From the NCBI GenBank assembly GCA_004431415.1, contig QPMI01000281.1:1-64000 (forward strand): 64,000 nucleotides of DNA, written 5' to 3'. Under the pieces are notes generated by a model, which saw nothing but the letters and a program-made list of their open reading frames with translations, was not told the origin of the DNA and made no database searches. This document shows, one piece after another, positions 39,277 to 51,459 of this stretch. This stretch comes from Cyanophora paradoxa CCMP329 (Eukaryota; Plantae; Glaucophyta). A program made the position numbers and the translations under genes. Within the stretch, counting starts at the first letter, position 1, and each line of letters begins with the position of its first letter.

Positions 39277-42200
39277 ATGGAAAGCAACCTGGACCTTCTG
39301 TACGAGGAGGCCATTATTCGGAACCCGCTTAGCTATAAGCAGGTGCCCTGTCGCGCGGGCCTCGCTTCCCCGGCCTGCCGCGTGGGGGCGCGCTCTCGCA
39401 CCGCTCAACTATGTCGCAGTGGGTCGCGTATGTGGAGACGAAGCGGAATGCGCATCCCCGCGAGCGTAACACGCTGTTCGAACGGGGTTTGAAGAAGGTG
39501 CCGCGTCCCGCCGACGCGCGCCCTCGCCTTCCAACTCATCCCCGATGGCCCCAGATTCCGATGAGCTACAAGTTCTGGCGGTATTACCTGAAGGATCGGA
39601 AGGACCAGATCAAAGCGCTCCCGATCTCGCACCCGGCGTACGAGACCGTCAACAATGTCTACGAGCGCTGCCTCGTTTTCATGCACAAGGTGCAGCCCGC
39701 GGTCCGCCTTGCGTTGCGTTCTTCCGGCCTGACCGCGCTTTCTCGAAGATGCCGCGCATCTGGATGGAGTATCTGCAGTTCCTCATGGATCAGAAGCGCA
39801 TAACGAAGACACGCCGCACATTCGATCGGGCGCTCCGGGCTTTGCCCATCACGCAGCACGACAAAATCTGGCCCATGTACATCAAATTCGCTCGCACGTG
39901 TGGGTGCCCTGATACTGCGATCCGGATCTACCGCCGGTACATAAAGGTCCGTGGCTTCCCCGGCCCCTCCCTGATTCGTGCATTGACCACGCCCCATTCA
40001 GCTGGAGCCAGAGCAAATTGAGGAGTTCATCGAGCACCTGCTGAGCGTTGAACGCTATGACGAGGCTGCGAAGCATCTGACTGAGGTGTTTTGAAATTCT
40101 AGTGTGGGCGACGTGTTGGTCTGACCCGATTCCGCAGTGCGTAAACGACGATCGCTTCATCTCCTCCAAAGGCAAGACAAAGCACATGATGTGGTCCGAG
40201 CTGTGCGAGCTGCTGGCAAAGCACCCCGATAAGATCAAATCGGTCAAAGTAAGTCCGTTCTTGCATTTACTGTGGGGCTTCACTTGACACGAATTGATTG
40301 CAGGCGGATCTCATCATCAGAAGTGGGGCCATGCGCTTTACGGATGAGGTCGGAAAGATGTGGTCCTCGCTTGCGGATTACTACATTCAACTTGGCCACT
40401 TTGATAAAGTTTGCGGATTTTTCTGTCGGCATCTCGTTTTTGATAATCTTAATCTGTTCAGGCACGGGACGTTTACGAGGAAGCAATCACAACTGTGACG
40501 ACTGTCAGAGATTTCTCGATTTTGTTCGATGCTTATTCGCAATTCGAAGAGTCTCTCATCGCTGCCAAGATGGAGGGACCTGGTGCTCATGCTGACTGTC
40601 CTCTATGCCTTGTAGCTCCAGCTCACTTCCAGTTCAGCCTCAGAACCAGGGCAGGAGGACGACATGGACCTGCATCTCGCAAGACTCGAATACGTGAGTG
40701 CTCTTTGGAGTTTTTTGAATCATAGTCGCTCACAATCTTGTAGCTCATGGAGCGGAGGCCTCTTCTTCTCAGCTCTGTCCTCCTCCGACAGAACCCCCAT
40801 AATGTACACGAGTGGCTCAAGCGCGCCCGTATTTTCAAGGCGGATCCAGTGAAGGCAAGATCTTTCCATTGTAGTGTGCATCTCTTTCGCCTGTAGTAAT
40901 TGAACATATTGTATTGCAGACAATCCAGATCTACTCGGAAGCCTGCAAGACTGTGGACCCTCAGAAGGCTACCGGAAAGCCACAAGCATTGTGGATCACG
41001 TTTGCAAAGGTACAGTCGTCTCTTTGTGTTTTGCAGATCGGTTGCGACTTACAAATGCAGTTCTACGAGGAGCACGAGGATCTGGATAATGCACGTCTGG
41101 TTTTCGAGAAGGCCACAGAGGTCTGATTTCCTTGTTGAATTCTTAACGTTTGCAAGCCTCGTCTCAGGTGAAATTCAAGGGGATTGACGAGCTTGCGAGC
41201 ATTTGGTGTGAATACGCCGAATTTGAACTCCGGCACAAGTGAGCAGCATTCGCTGTGCTCCGCTGCCTTGTGTCTTACGCCGCCATAGAAATTTCAGCAA
41301 AGCGCTGGAGCTCTGCAGACGGGCCACTATGCCTCCGTTCCGCAAACGGCTCGCAAGAGGAGCTCCTGATGAAAAGCCACTGGTGCGATGGGCCAGCGTG
41401 ATGGTTGGGTCCGGGGAGATGGTGTGATAGTCTGCCCAAACACCGCTGACACTCTGCTGCGTAGGAACTCACTGTACAGGAGCGTGTGTACCGTTCGACG
41501 CGCCTGTGGAGCTTCTACGTGGATCTTGAGGAGTCGCTCGGTTTGCCTTTGGTCCCTCTTGAACTGTTTGTCATCTTTTAATGAGCTCTTGATCACCCAG
41601 GTTCTTTTACGTCCACGCGTGCAGTGTACGACAAAATTCTTGAGCTCCGTATTGCGACTCCTCAGGTGCGTGTTCCAGAATTGATTCCAATCCATTCCAA
41701 TTGAAGCTTTGTTCGCAGATTATCATCAATTATGCGCACTTTTTGGAGGAGCACAAATATTTCGAGGACTCTTTCAAGGCGAGAATTCGTTCAGAGATGC
41801 AATTTTTCGCAATCGTGATTTCGCTCAACAGGTCTACGAGCAAGGCATCGCTCTTTTCCCCTTCCCGCATGCTCTAGACATCTGGATAACATACATCAAC
41901 AAATTCATTGCACGGTATGGAGGCAAGAAACTGGAGCGTGCACGGGACCTCTTCGAACAGGCTATCGAAAAGTGCCCTGTCGACAAGGCCAAGGTGGCTT
42001 CGCTCATATTAAATCAGCTACACGCAGTCTGCTTATCACCCAGCTCAGGTTCTTTACCTTATGTATGCAAAGCTGGAGGAGGATTATGGCCTCGCACGCC
42101 ACGCCATGGCTGTCTATGATCGGGCATGCAATGCTCTTGCAGCAGAGGCCAAGTATGAGGTCAGTACCGCCAGTTTGCATCGCTTAGTTCATCCTGGCTT

Positions 42201-43285
42201 CCACTTGATACTCTCCTTGGCAAACAGATGTACCTCACATACATCGCACGGGCGGCTGATCTCTTTGGAGTGGCCAAGACTCGCGAGATATATGAGCAGG
42301 CAATTGAAAAGCTCCCCGAGAAGCACATCAAGGATATGTGCCTGCGGTGAGGACATCTCCTGCTCATCCTTATCTTAGAGAATTCGCTGAGGTTTTCTTG
42401 CAGGTATGCCGATCTCGAGCGCAAGCTGGGTGAGGTCGATCGTGCTCGTGGTATTTACATCCATTGTGCCCAGTACTGTGATCCTCGTGTAAGTGCTTTT
42501 CCATTCAAGTGCTCTCATTTTCCCACTCTCTTTAAATCCGCCCAGACGGAGGAGGCATTTTGGAAAGTATGGCACGACTTCGAGGTGTGAGCCTGCACTT
42601 AGCTGCCCTATGTTGCATTTGACGATTTCGAACTAGGTTGCACATGGCAACGAGGACACTTTCCGGGACATGCTCCGCATCAAGCGCTCTGTTCAGGCGA
42701 CATACACACAGGTGCGTTTGTCATTCAAGTCACACGATCATTTTTTAATGTATCCACATTAGGTCAGTTTCACCTCGATGGAAATGCTGGCTGCCACACG
42801 GGCGGTGAGGATTTAACTCGTCTGATTTATGTGCTAAAACAGAGCACTCAGCTTCCCTGTTTCCGTGCAGCACGACGAAGAGAACATTGCCAAACGGCGG
42901 AAAATCGACGAGGGTGGGGATGGCGATCTCGCAAAGCTGGAGCGGTCCATCCTCGGCGACAAACCAACTGAGACTCCACGCCTTGGAGCGGCGCCTGGGC
43001 GTCCCGCTCCCCAACAGCGGGAAGCAGAGGAAGTCGAAAGGGAGCCCATGGATGTTGATGGTACTGGAGAAGATGCGGACGATGATAATGACGAGGATGG
43101 GCCGGGTTCGCCTTCACCTATTTCTTTTGTGCTACGCAGTACTTATTATGCGGGCAGCGGTGCGGGTGGAGCAGAAGGCGGTGCCCAAGGCCGTTTTTGG
43201 CGATCTGGCGGCGCTGGCAGAGAAGCAAGGGACCGATGCCCCGCTGGGTGCCCTTGCCAGGCTGCGTGGGGCAAAGCGAGACTAG
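39277..43285 (+). CDS. SYF1: Pre-mRNA splicing factor SYF1/XAB2 (HAT repeats); intron-rich
   Basis: [106 protein letters not shown]. Confidence 0.96.
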
Positions 43286-43689
43286 CAGAACATGGCTTTT
43301 TTTGCAACGTGAAAAAACATCTCTCTGTGATCCAGAAGTGCAAGAGAAGCCACAGGGAATGCGGCTGGGACTGCGTTTGATGTGACGCACAATGTTTTTC
43401 TAGCGGCTAGCACAGTGGATCACGTAAATCTACACCGGGTAACAATTGAGTAGGATGCTATCGGAATGGATCCGGAAAGGAGCCCTGAGGGGCTGACAAT
43501 GAACTTCGGAACATTAACCCCGCTTTAAATTTGTTGGTGATGGTGTGTTTCCCTCTCTCCAGTCTTTTCCGAGGCTTCCAGTGTGCTCGCGGAGTCGCCC
43601 GGCCCTGAGCTCCTTCCACTCACTGTCACAGTGTGCATGTTTTTGAGCGGCTCACCAAAGTGAGCTAGCGCTAGCGCTGCACTGTGCGC

Positions 43690-44220
43690 CTGCATTTCTT
43701 GCAATTCAAGATCAGTTGAATTCGAACCGTTGAACTTGCATTTATATCAATACTCCCACATATGTACAGGCGTTATTGATGACGCTATCTATGCTCCTTC
43801 ATCGGATGCTCCTTGCCCTTGCGGTACTCAGTAGTACTTTCCCCCACTCATACGTCACCCCCACGAGTTGGTTCCGACCTCGTCATGCCAGGCCTAGGCA
43901 TTTGCCGCGCCAGTGTACATGTAAAGATCGGGAGTGACTTTTCCCCCTTCCATGAGATGCTGGCAACGGTCTTAAAAGCTTGTAGCTAGATTAGAATTGG
44001 GCCCCATTCAATCGTAAGCAATTCTCAGACCAAACTCCGAGCCTCAGAGAGCTCGAGGATCGTGGGCCCCGACTCCCCGATCCTGCAGGAATTCCCGCCA
44101 CCGCCAAAGATGCGATCATCCACCGTGCGGGCACTATAGCTAGTGTTTGAGGGGAGGCGCATTACTTCCAAGAGGGCCACCCAGCGGCCGCCCAGCTTGG
44201 TGGGCTGGGCATGCGGCACA
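43690..44220 (+). pseudogene. Degenerate copy of the 3' end of the RF1 gene (last two introns/exons and 3' flank, source ~29027-29435)
   Basis: Collinear blocks caggcg.tattgatga.gctat, ccttgcggtact, tgccagg..ca.ttgccgcg.cagt, taaagat.gggagtg, cccccttccatgagatgctggcaacg, gcactatagcta.tgtttgagggga. Confidence 0.85.
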
Positions 44221-44274
44221 CTGCGATTTCGCAATTCAAGCCCGAGCGTTGTGATTTCGATTCGTGTCCAAATG

Positions 44275-45450
44275 CTATTCTGCAAATGCATCGTCTTCCG
44301 GCTCTTCTTCAGCAGCCATCTGGCCCAAGCGCTCGGCACGCCGTTTGGCCGATTTGTCCCGGTTCTCAAACTTCGACCCCTTCTGCCGCTTCATGGCTGC
44401 TCGGATCTGCACGAAAAATCGGTTAGGCTCTACACGAGAAACACAAACACTGGGCACAGACAGCTGCAATCACCTCATTAGGGCTGACGAAGTGTGGGTT
44501 GTGCCTGTGTATGCAGAGATTAGAGAGTGCAGTCTGTGCTTTTGAAGACTACCACGAACCACAACACGGGGCCCCCAAAGCTCCCACTGATGACCACGAT
44601 GGGATTCAGGACAAGGCGTGGCCCGATCTCGACCAGGGTGGGCTCCGCCTTCTTGTCCTTCTCATCCCCCAGGCTGATCTATTGCGTATCTCAGAGATTT
44701 TCAAATGCTCGGACAGTTTAGTCTAGAAAAGCGCAAACCTGGTAGTTTCTGAACCAGATATGATTGTCGACAATGGAGAACGACAACACGTGGTCGATGA
44801 ACGGCTTGCTCTTCTTGTGCTGACGGGGCGTCGCAAAGGTCTGCGCGGATCTGCGTCATAAACTGGTTCAATCGCAAAAAAAGACTAGCAATGACCTGGC
44901 TAAACATCTCCTTCAGCAGCTGCCAATTTGGGGCACTGTCGAAATTTGCGTCGAAAACGAGCACGGGCCGGGAACCCAGCAGGCAGTTTCCCGTCAGCTT
45001 CAGCTCATCCATAGTGTGTACTACGACATCGAACGGATAAGGCAGAAGCTCGAGCACATCACTCCGGCCACGCACTGTTCAGGACCTGGAACTTCGCCGA
45101 CGGCCCCTGCGGTGACCGAGCCAGCCACAGGTACAGGTCGGCCTTCTTGCGCGCCTCGAAGTACATCACAGTGTTGCAGCCTTTGAGGTCGCAGATCTCG
45201 TTCAGCACGGAGAGTTGGTCCTTCGAGTCGAGCTTCGCGTCTTTCTTGCTGCAGTGCTCGATCTCAGTACGCAAGCATGAGAAGCAGGCGTGGGCTCGAA
45301 CCTATGAGGAAGAAGCCGCTGCAGGTCCTCCAGCAGGTGCCGGTGCCGGTGCAGGAGACCCCGGCTCGAGACGAGGAGAACGCGCTGCTTGGGGAGCTTC
45401 TTGCGGGTTGCGCTCGGCCCTGCTTCCTGCATCTCATCTTCGGAAGACAT
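44275..45450 (-). CDS. BRX1: Ribosome biogenesis protein BRX1 (Brix domain)
   Basis: KQRVLLVSSRG..RHRHLLEDLQRLLPH, LNEICDLKGCN..FEARKK..DLYLW..GPSAKF, VHTMDELKLTGNCLLGSRP, SKPFIDHV, WFRNYQI, LVEIGPRLVLNPI. Confidence 0.95.
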
Positions 45451-45769
45451 CTTGATGATCGATCGCGCGAGGCTAGCTAGCGCTGCCGTGCGGTCAGTCG
45501 GCGATCCTGCTTGTTCCGAAGCAGGACTTTGATTGCAGCGGATTCGCTGCAGCCGCGCGCGTCGCAAGACGCGACGCCGGCTGGTAGTCGCGAAGTCAGC
45601 CCGGCGCTCGATCCACGCGGCTTCGGGCTGTTGCTTCGCTGTAGGTTGCGGCTGCAGGCCTGCTGCACTGCTTAGGGGGCGCTGACTAACTGTCTGGCTC
45701 AGACTGGCTGGAGTCAGTGGGTACGGCGTTAAAACGGTGTTTGCTTGCCCACAGATCAGGCTACAGATC

Positions 45770-46083
45770 AGCCGAATTCGATCGGCGCTGTAGCCGGCCA
45801 GAAGTCGGATAATGCTAGCTACAAGCTCGAGATAGGTTGGCTGGAAGAGCACGCTGGCCGGGGAGCTGGCCCTTTGCAGCTGGGCCCGGCGCGCTACTAG
45901 GCTATTCGCGCCCCTGCAGCACGGCCTGCGTCAAGCAGAGATGGCAAGTCACATAAGCTGTAAGCTATGGTGTTGAAGTTCCTGCGTTCATTAGGTCAGC
46001 CCAGCCCGGAGTCTCTGCATCGAAGCCACATAAGCTGTAAGCTATGGTGTTGAAGTTCCTGCGCTCGATAGGTCAGCCCAGCC
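45770..46083 (+). repeat. ~315-bp segment (promoter and start of the WW gene) repeated at 49091-49404; each copy holds a 57-bp duplication with 77-bp period
   Basis: agccgaattcgatcggcg...ataggtcagcccagcc occurs twice; cacataagctgtaagctatggtgttgaag...ggtcagcccagcc occurs four times. Confidence 0.93.
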
Positions 46084-48061
46084 TGCAGCCCAAACAGCGA
46101 AGCGCTGAAGGCGATGCCGAGGCCCTCGAGGCCGACATCCGGCAGATGGCGCGCTTTCTGGGCATGAACCTCGACGACGAGCTGGACATCCAACTCCTGT
46201 ACATCGCGGAGGAAGCCTATAAGGCGAGTCACCTTCCGCCAGAACGCGAGCTAGCTCGAAAAAACTGAAGACAGCTTGAATATTTTATCGAAATCGTGTG
46301 CCAGGCTTTCGTGTGTGTGTGTGTCTTGTCGAAATCTTCGTCCGCTCTCATGGTCCAAATTGCAGGCACCGCTGCCTCCCTCCTGGACCGCCCATCGGGA
46401 TCGAGACGGACATCTTTATTTCTACAATGTGACGACGGATGCTTCACAATACGAGCATCCAGCAGATGCCCTCTACATGCTCAAATTACAAAACGAGCGC
46501 GCAAAGCGGCAGAAGCTCCGCGAGATAGCGGAGCAGAAGAAGCGTGCCATCTTTGATGCACAGATGAAGAAAACAATCTGCAACCGCCTTGGAAACAGGC
46601 ACAGCAATTTCTGCTCAATTGAAGAAGTGTACGATATGGCAAAATATTTGGGGATCTCGATTGACGATGGGCGAGAGTTGACACTGGCCTGGATCGCCAA
46701 GCGAGCAGTGCTCGCCCCGCTTCCTGAGATCTATGACGAGTATGAGGATCAGCAAGGGTCCTCGTACTTCGTGAGTGAACCGCGCACCCTTCAACCTGTC
46801 TTCACATCCTTGTGCTCAACTCATGTTGCTTGCAGCACAATCGGGAGACAGGGGAGACATTTCGAACTCATCCAAATGACTCCATTTTCTTTGAGAAGGT
46901 GCAACGGCCCCGAATAATATAACAACTAGACCTAGCCCCCGCTTTGCCTATCAGCATTTTACAACCCTATCAGGTTGCCACTTTACGGCTCACTCTCAAA
47001 GGAGAGCTTGCGAATGACTCAATTCCACACGAAGATCGAAACGAGATTGAGCTGGCAGCATGGCGAGGCTGTTGGATGGAGATCGCTGGTCGAGGGTTTT
47101 TCAATTTGCTCTCATTTGAGCAGTGCACGGTTCTCTGGTTCACAAAAGCTGAAAGGTTGACGATCTCTTGCTTTTTTTGCATTCATCTTCTCACTTTTGT
47201 TTTCAAGGGTGGCGGCTGCCCTGCTTATCCAACGAGTTTGGCGGGGCTATAAAGTGAGAAGCACTGTTGCAATCGACTTCGTTAGATGGAGAGCAGCTCG
47301 CAAATTGCAACGACAATTTCGTTCGAGCCTGGTGACTCGTCTTCTAAGAACTGTCTTCTTGTCGAAGAAAGGGGCTGGTGAGAAAACGTTTTTTTTCAAC
47401 TCTATAACTTGTCTCTAATGGCGATGCAGTGATTCGAATACAAACTGTGTGGCGTCGTGCTTTGGTGAGAAGCCGGCATGACGTTCGGCTGTGCCTTCAG
47501 CTGGCACTGGGTCGGCTGGCAGCTTCCAAGCTGATTTGCGCTGTTGCTCGGCATTATCTGGCAAGGCGCTTGAAGAAACGCCTTCAAACCGGAATTCAGG
47601 TTGCTAGATTCCATGAACGTGAGTGCAAAGAATACCGACAACAAGTTGACGACTCTGGAACAAGCCCGACCAAGGCAGTCAGGCTCGCATTTCACAGACT
47701 ACCAATGCCAACTGTGGATTCTTCCCGTTTCAATCTCTTCTTTCCATCCGATTTCAGCCCACCATCCAAACCAGCTCAGCACCAGCGTCCGAGCTTGCCC
47801 CAGATCCCGTCCCTCTCATTGCTCGATTCATTTCTCTCGGAAATCGCCTCGCTGCCCTGCAAGGAGCTCGGTCCTGTTCGAGAATCGACCAAGAGGCGAT
47901 CGCTCGTGCCCTCACAGCCACAGTATCAGTATCAATCGTGCGTTCTCTGTTCTTTTTTTCACGACAGCGTTGCCCTCATGGCGGCTTGTAGCCTCATGGC
48001 GGCGTTAAAGGCTGGCGGGGGCTCGGCTGCACTCGTTCTGCGGGCAGGTTTTGGACGATGA
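46044..48061 (+). CDS. Protein with two CEP164-type WW modules followed by IQ motifs; 3' end uncertain
   Basis: MARFLGMN..LLYIAEEAYK|APLPPSWTAH..GHLYFYNVTTDASQYEHPAD; second module MAKYLGI..LAWIAKRAVLAPLP..YF..HP; IQRVWRGYKVR, LQRQFR, IQTVWRR. Confidence 0.75.
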
Positions 48062-48090
48062 GAAGCATGCACGAACCTAATACCGCATCA

Positions 48091-48408
48091 TCAAAGCGCT
48101 GGAGCTCTGCAGACGGGCCACAATGCTTCCGTTCCGCAAACGGCTGGCAAGAGGAGCTCCTGATGAATAGCCACTGGTGCGATGGGCCAGCGTGATGGTT
48201 GGGTCCCGGGAGATGGTGTGATAGTCTGTCCAAACACCGCTGACACTCTGCTGCGTAGGAACTCACTGTACAGGAGCGCGTGTACCGTTCGACGCGCCTG
48301 TGGAGCTTCTACGTGGATCTTGGGGAGTCGCTCGGTTTGCCTTTGGTCCCTCTTGAACTGTTTGTCATTTTCTAATGAGCTCTTAATCACCCAGGTTCTT
48401 TCACGTCC
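48091..48408 (+). pseudogene. Duplicated internal fragment of SYF1 (source ~41297-41615) with introns retained
   Basis: Near-identical sequence and ORF translations (41275..41472 vs 47994..48266; 41388 vs 48182). Confidence 0.93.
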
Positions 48409-49090
48409 AGGTACACACGGGATGCTCAAAGGGTCGGACGAATACACGGAGGGCGAGGCACATCGATCAAGGTTGCACAGTTGTTTTTTCATTTCGATCT
48501 CGGGGCTTTTCGATTCCGATCCGACCCTTCGCCTGCATCCTGGCGCAGGCTAAATCCGTATCGGGTCCCCCCCATGAGCTCCCGCCACTGCCCCAGACGC
48601 AATGCTGCTCTCAGTGCGGGTGTGCATTACTCCCCTAAAGAGGCGCATTACTCCCCTAAAAAGGCAACGCAGGGCCCAGCCGGCCAGCTTGCTGATGAGC
48701 TGGACCAGTTCGTGTCCAAATGCTGACTCATCATCCCGTACTTGTAGCCCGGACGTTGTGATTTGGTTTGTGTCCAAATGCCTACTTCATGCTAAGCAAG
48801 CACCCGCACCCCGGGGCAAGCTAACTTCATGCCGGGTGCCCCAAATTCATAGGAGCTCCCGTCACCGCCCTGAGACGACCCCTCCGCCCCAACTTGCAAG
48901 ACGCAATGCCGCACCGGTGCATTGTCCGCAGAAAGGCACATTACTCGCCTTCAGTGCACATGCCCAACTTATTGTTTGCATTCAATTCGAATTCGAAGGA
49001 CCTTTCGGGCTACTCAATCAGATAGAGCACACGGTGCACAAGCAGCAGGAACGCCGGAGCTCGAGGAGCCCGAGTCGGCAGGTCGCAATG

Positions 49091-49404
49091 AGCCGAATTC
49101 GATCGGCGATGTAGCCGGCCAGAAGTCGGATAATGTTAGCTACAAGTTCGAGATAGGTTGACTGGAAGAGCACGCGGGAGCTGGCCCTCTGCAGCTGGGC
49201 CTGGCGCGCTACTAGACTATTCGCGCCCCTAGGCCTGCAGCACGGCCTGCGTCAAGCAGAGATGGCAAGTCACATAAGCTGTAAGCTATGGTGTTGAAGG
49301 TCCTGCTTTCAATAGGTCAGCCCAGCCCGGAGTCTTTGCATCGAAGCCACATAAGCTGTAAGCTATGGTGTTGAAGTTCCTGCGCTCGATAGGTCAGCCC
49401 AGCC
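49091..49404 (+). repeat. Second, truncated copy of the WW-gene promoter/start segment
   Basis: Matches 45770-46083; similarity stops after codon 13 (agcc|gttataat). Confidence 0.92.
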
Positions 49405-49461
49405 GTTATAATATTATTTATGAACCAGATCGACCAGACCAGACCAGTGCTAGGGATCTAG

Positions 49462-51459
49462 GAGCGCATTCTGGTCCAAAATTAATACAGCAATTGGGTT
49501 GGGAATTATGTGTTGTGTGATGGCGCAGCGAGGGGGGCAGCGGGCTAGGCGACAGATAGCAGTAATGGAGGTTGCATGCTACTGAACACGATACATTAGG
49601 CGGCGTCTAGCCCCGTCACCATCGGTTTTCGACCACTGCGGGCGCGGGATTCGCGGCGCGGGATCGGCAAGACAGCTACACGAGTGCTAGGGAATCGGCG
49701 CGCATAGGTCCTTTTTGCTAGCGGATCCCCGCTGCGCGCCCGCGCGCCAAGGTCCCGCGCGCCCGCTTGCGGAGGGGGGGGACAGCGATTCCGTCATGCA
49801 GTCCGCGCTGCTAGCGCTCTGGTCGCGTTATGCATGCGCGGTACAGCGCAACGATTGCGCTGTGTACCGCTTCGGGTCCTCCGCGCTGCCGCCGCCGCGC
49901 CAGCGCCGGTTTTGGGGCTGCCCAAAACCGGGGGGACAGCGTTACGAGGCACCAGCTCCAGCCACACATCGCCCGGTGTGCGAAACGCTCGAGCGCGTCG
50001 CACTCCCCAGGCGCCGCCGCTATATCTGGCGCCTCCATCTGGCCCCGCTCGCCGCCGCAGTACACGCCGCACATCGCGGCACATGTACAGCTACTGCTAT
50101 AGGTCCGTGGCTCACTTTGCATCGTGCTCGGTTCGCTCACCGCGGGCGATCCGGCGCGGCGCATCTGGCGGTTCGTCGCCCTCGCGCCGCCGCCGCATGT
50201 CAACGCGATCCCGTGCGCGCTCCATCACGAGCCGAAAAGCCGGCGCCGAGGTCTGCACACGCCCGCGCCGCCCCCTGCGCCGAGCGCCGACCGCGGCCTG
50301 CCCGCGCTCATTTGCGCAGGGCGATCTCCGTTACCGCGCGTGCTCTGGGGGCACCTCGCCGTCGACGCATGGGACTCAATGGCTGCTGGCGTCTTGCGCA
50401 GTCAGAGCCAGGATCGCCGACGAGCTGCAGCATGCCTCCTCCGCACGTGGTTGTGGCGAAGCGCGCGCGCGCAGGGCATGGAGGCGGCATGCTGCAGCTC
50501 GTCGGCGATCCTGGCTCTGACTGCGCAAGACGCCAGCAGCCATTGAGTCCCATGCGTCGACGGCGAGGTGCCCCCAGAGCACGCGCGGTAACGGAGATCG
50601 CCCTGCGCAAATGAGCGCGGGCAGGCCGCGGTCGGCGCTCGGCGCAGGGGGCGGCGCGGGCGTGTGCAGACCTCGGCGCCGGCTTTTCGGCTCGTGATGG
50701 AGCGCGCACGGGATCGCGTTGACATGCGGCGGCGGCGCGAGGGCGACGAACCGCCAGATGCGCCGCGCCGGATCGCCCGCGGTGAGCGAACCGAGCACGA
50801 TGCAAAGTGAGCCACGGACCTATAGCAGTAGCTGTACATGTGCCGCGATGTGCGGCGTGTACTGCGGCGGCGAGCGGGGCCAGATGGAGGCGCCAGATAT
50901 AGCGGCGGCGCCTGGGGAGTGCGACGCGCTCGAGCGTTTCGCACACCGGGCGATGTGTGGCTGGAGCTGGTGCCTCGTAACGCTGTCCCCCCGGTTTTGG
51001 GCAGCCCCAAAACCGGCGCTGGCGCGGCGGCGGCAGCGCGGAGGACCCGAAGCGGTACACAGCGCAATCGTTGCGCTGTACCGCGCATGCATAACGCGAC
51101 CAGAGCGCTAGCAGCGCGGACTGCATGACGGAATCGCTGTCCCCCCCTCCGCAAGCGGGCGCGCGGGACCTTGGCGCGCGGGCGCGCAGCGGGGATCCGC
51201 TAGCAAAAAGGACCTATGCGCGCCGATTCCCTAGCACTCGTGTAGCTGTCTTGCCGATCCCGCGCCGCGAATCCCGCGCCCGCAGTGGTCGAAAACCGAT
51301 GGTGACGGGGCTAGACGCCGCCTAATGTATCGTGTTCAGTAGCATGCAACCTCCATTACTGCTATCTGTCGCCTAGCCCGCTGCCCCCCTCGCTGCGCCA
51401 TCACACAACACATAATTCCCAACCCAATTGCTGTATTAATTTTGGACCAGAATGCGCTC
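49462..51459. mobile_element. ~2-kb foldback element: ~980-bp near-perfect inverted arms, ~37-bp spacer, TAG on both flanks (candidate non-autonomous DNA transposon)
   Basis: TAG|GAGCGCATTCTGGTCCAAAATT ... AATTTTGGACCAGAATGCGCTC|TAG; mirror ORFs (49811..50203- vs 50719..51111+); spacer ~50443-50479. Confidence 0.85.

Noticed and set aside
45950-46083. Repeat-spacer-repeat pattern resembling CRISPR (also 49271-49404 and 51499-51625)
   Set aside because: Only two units per site, near-identical spacers between sites, eukaryotic context and no cas genes.
49715-51154. Mirror-image ORFs of up to 299 aa in the palindrome
   Set aside because: No recognisable domain or transposase motif; they follow from the symmetry and high GC.
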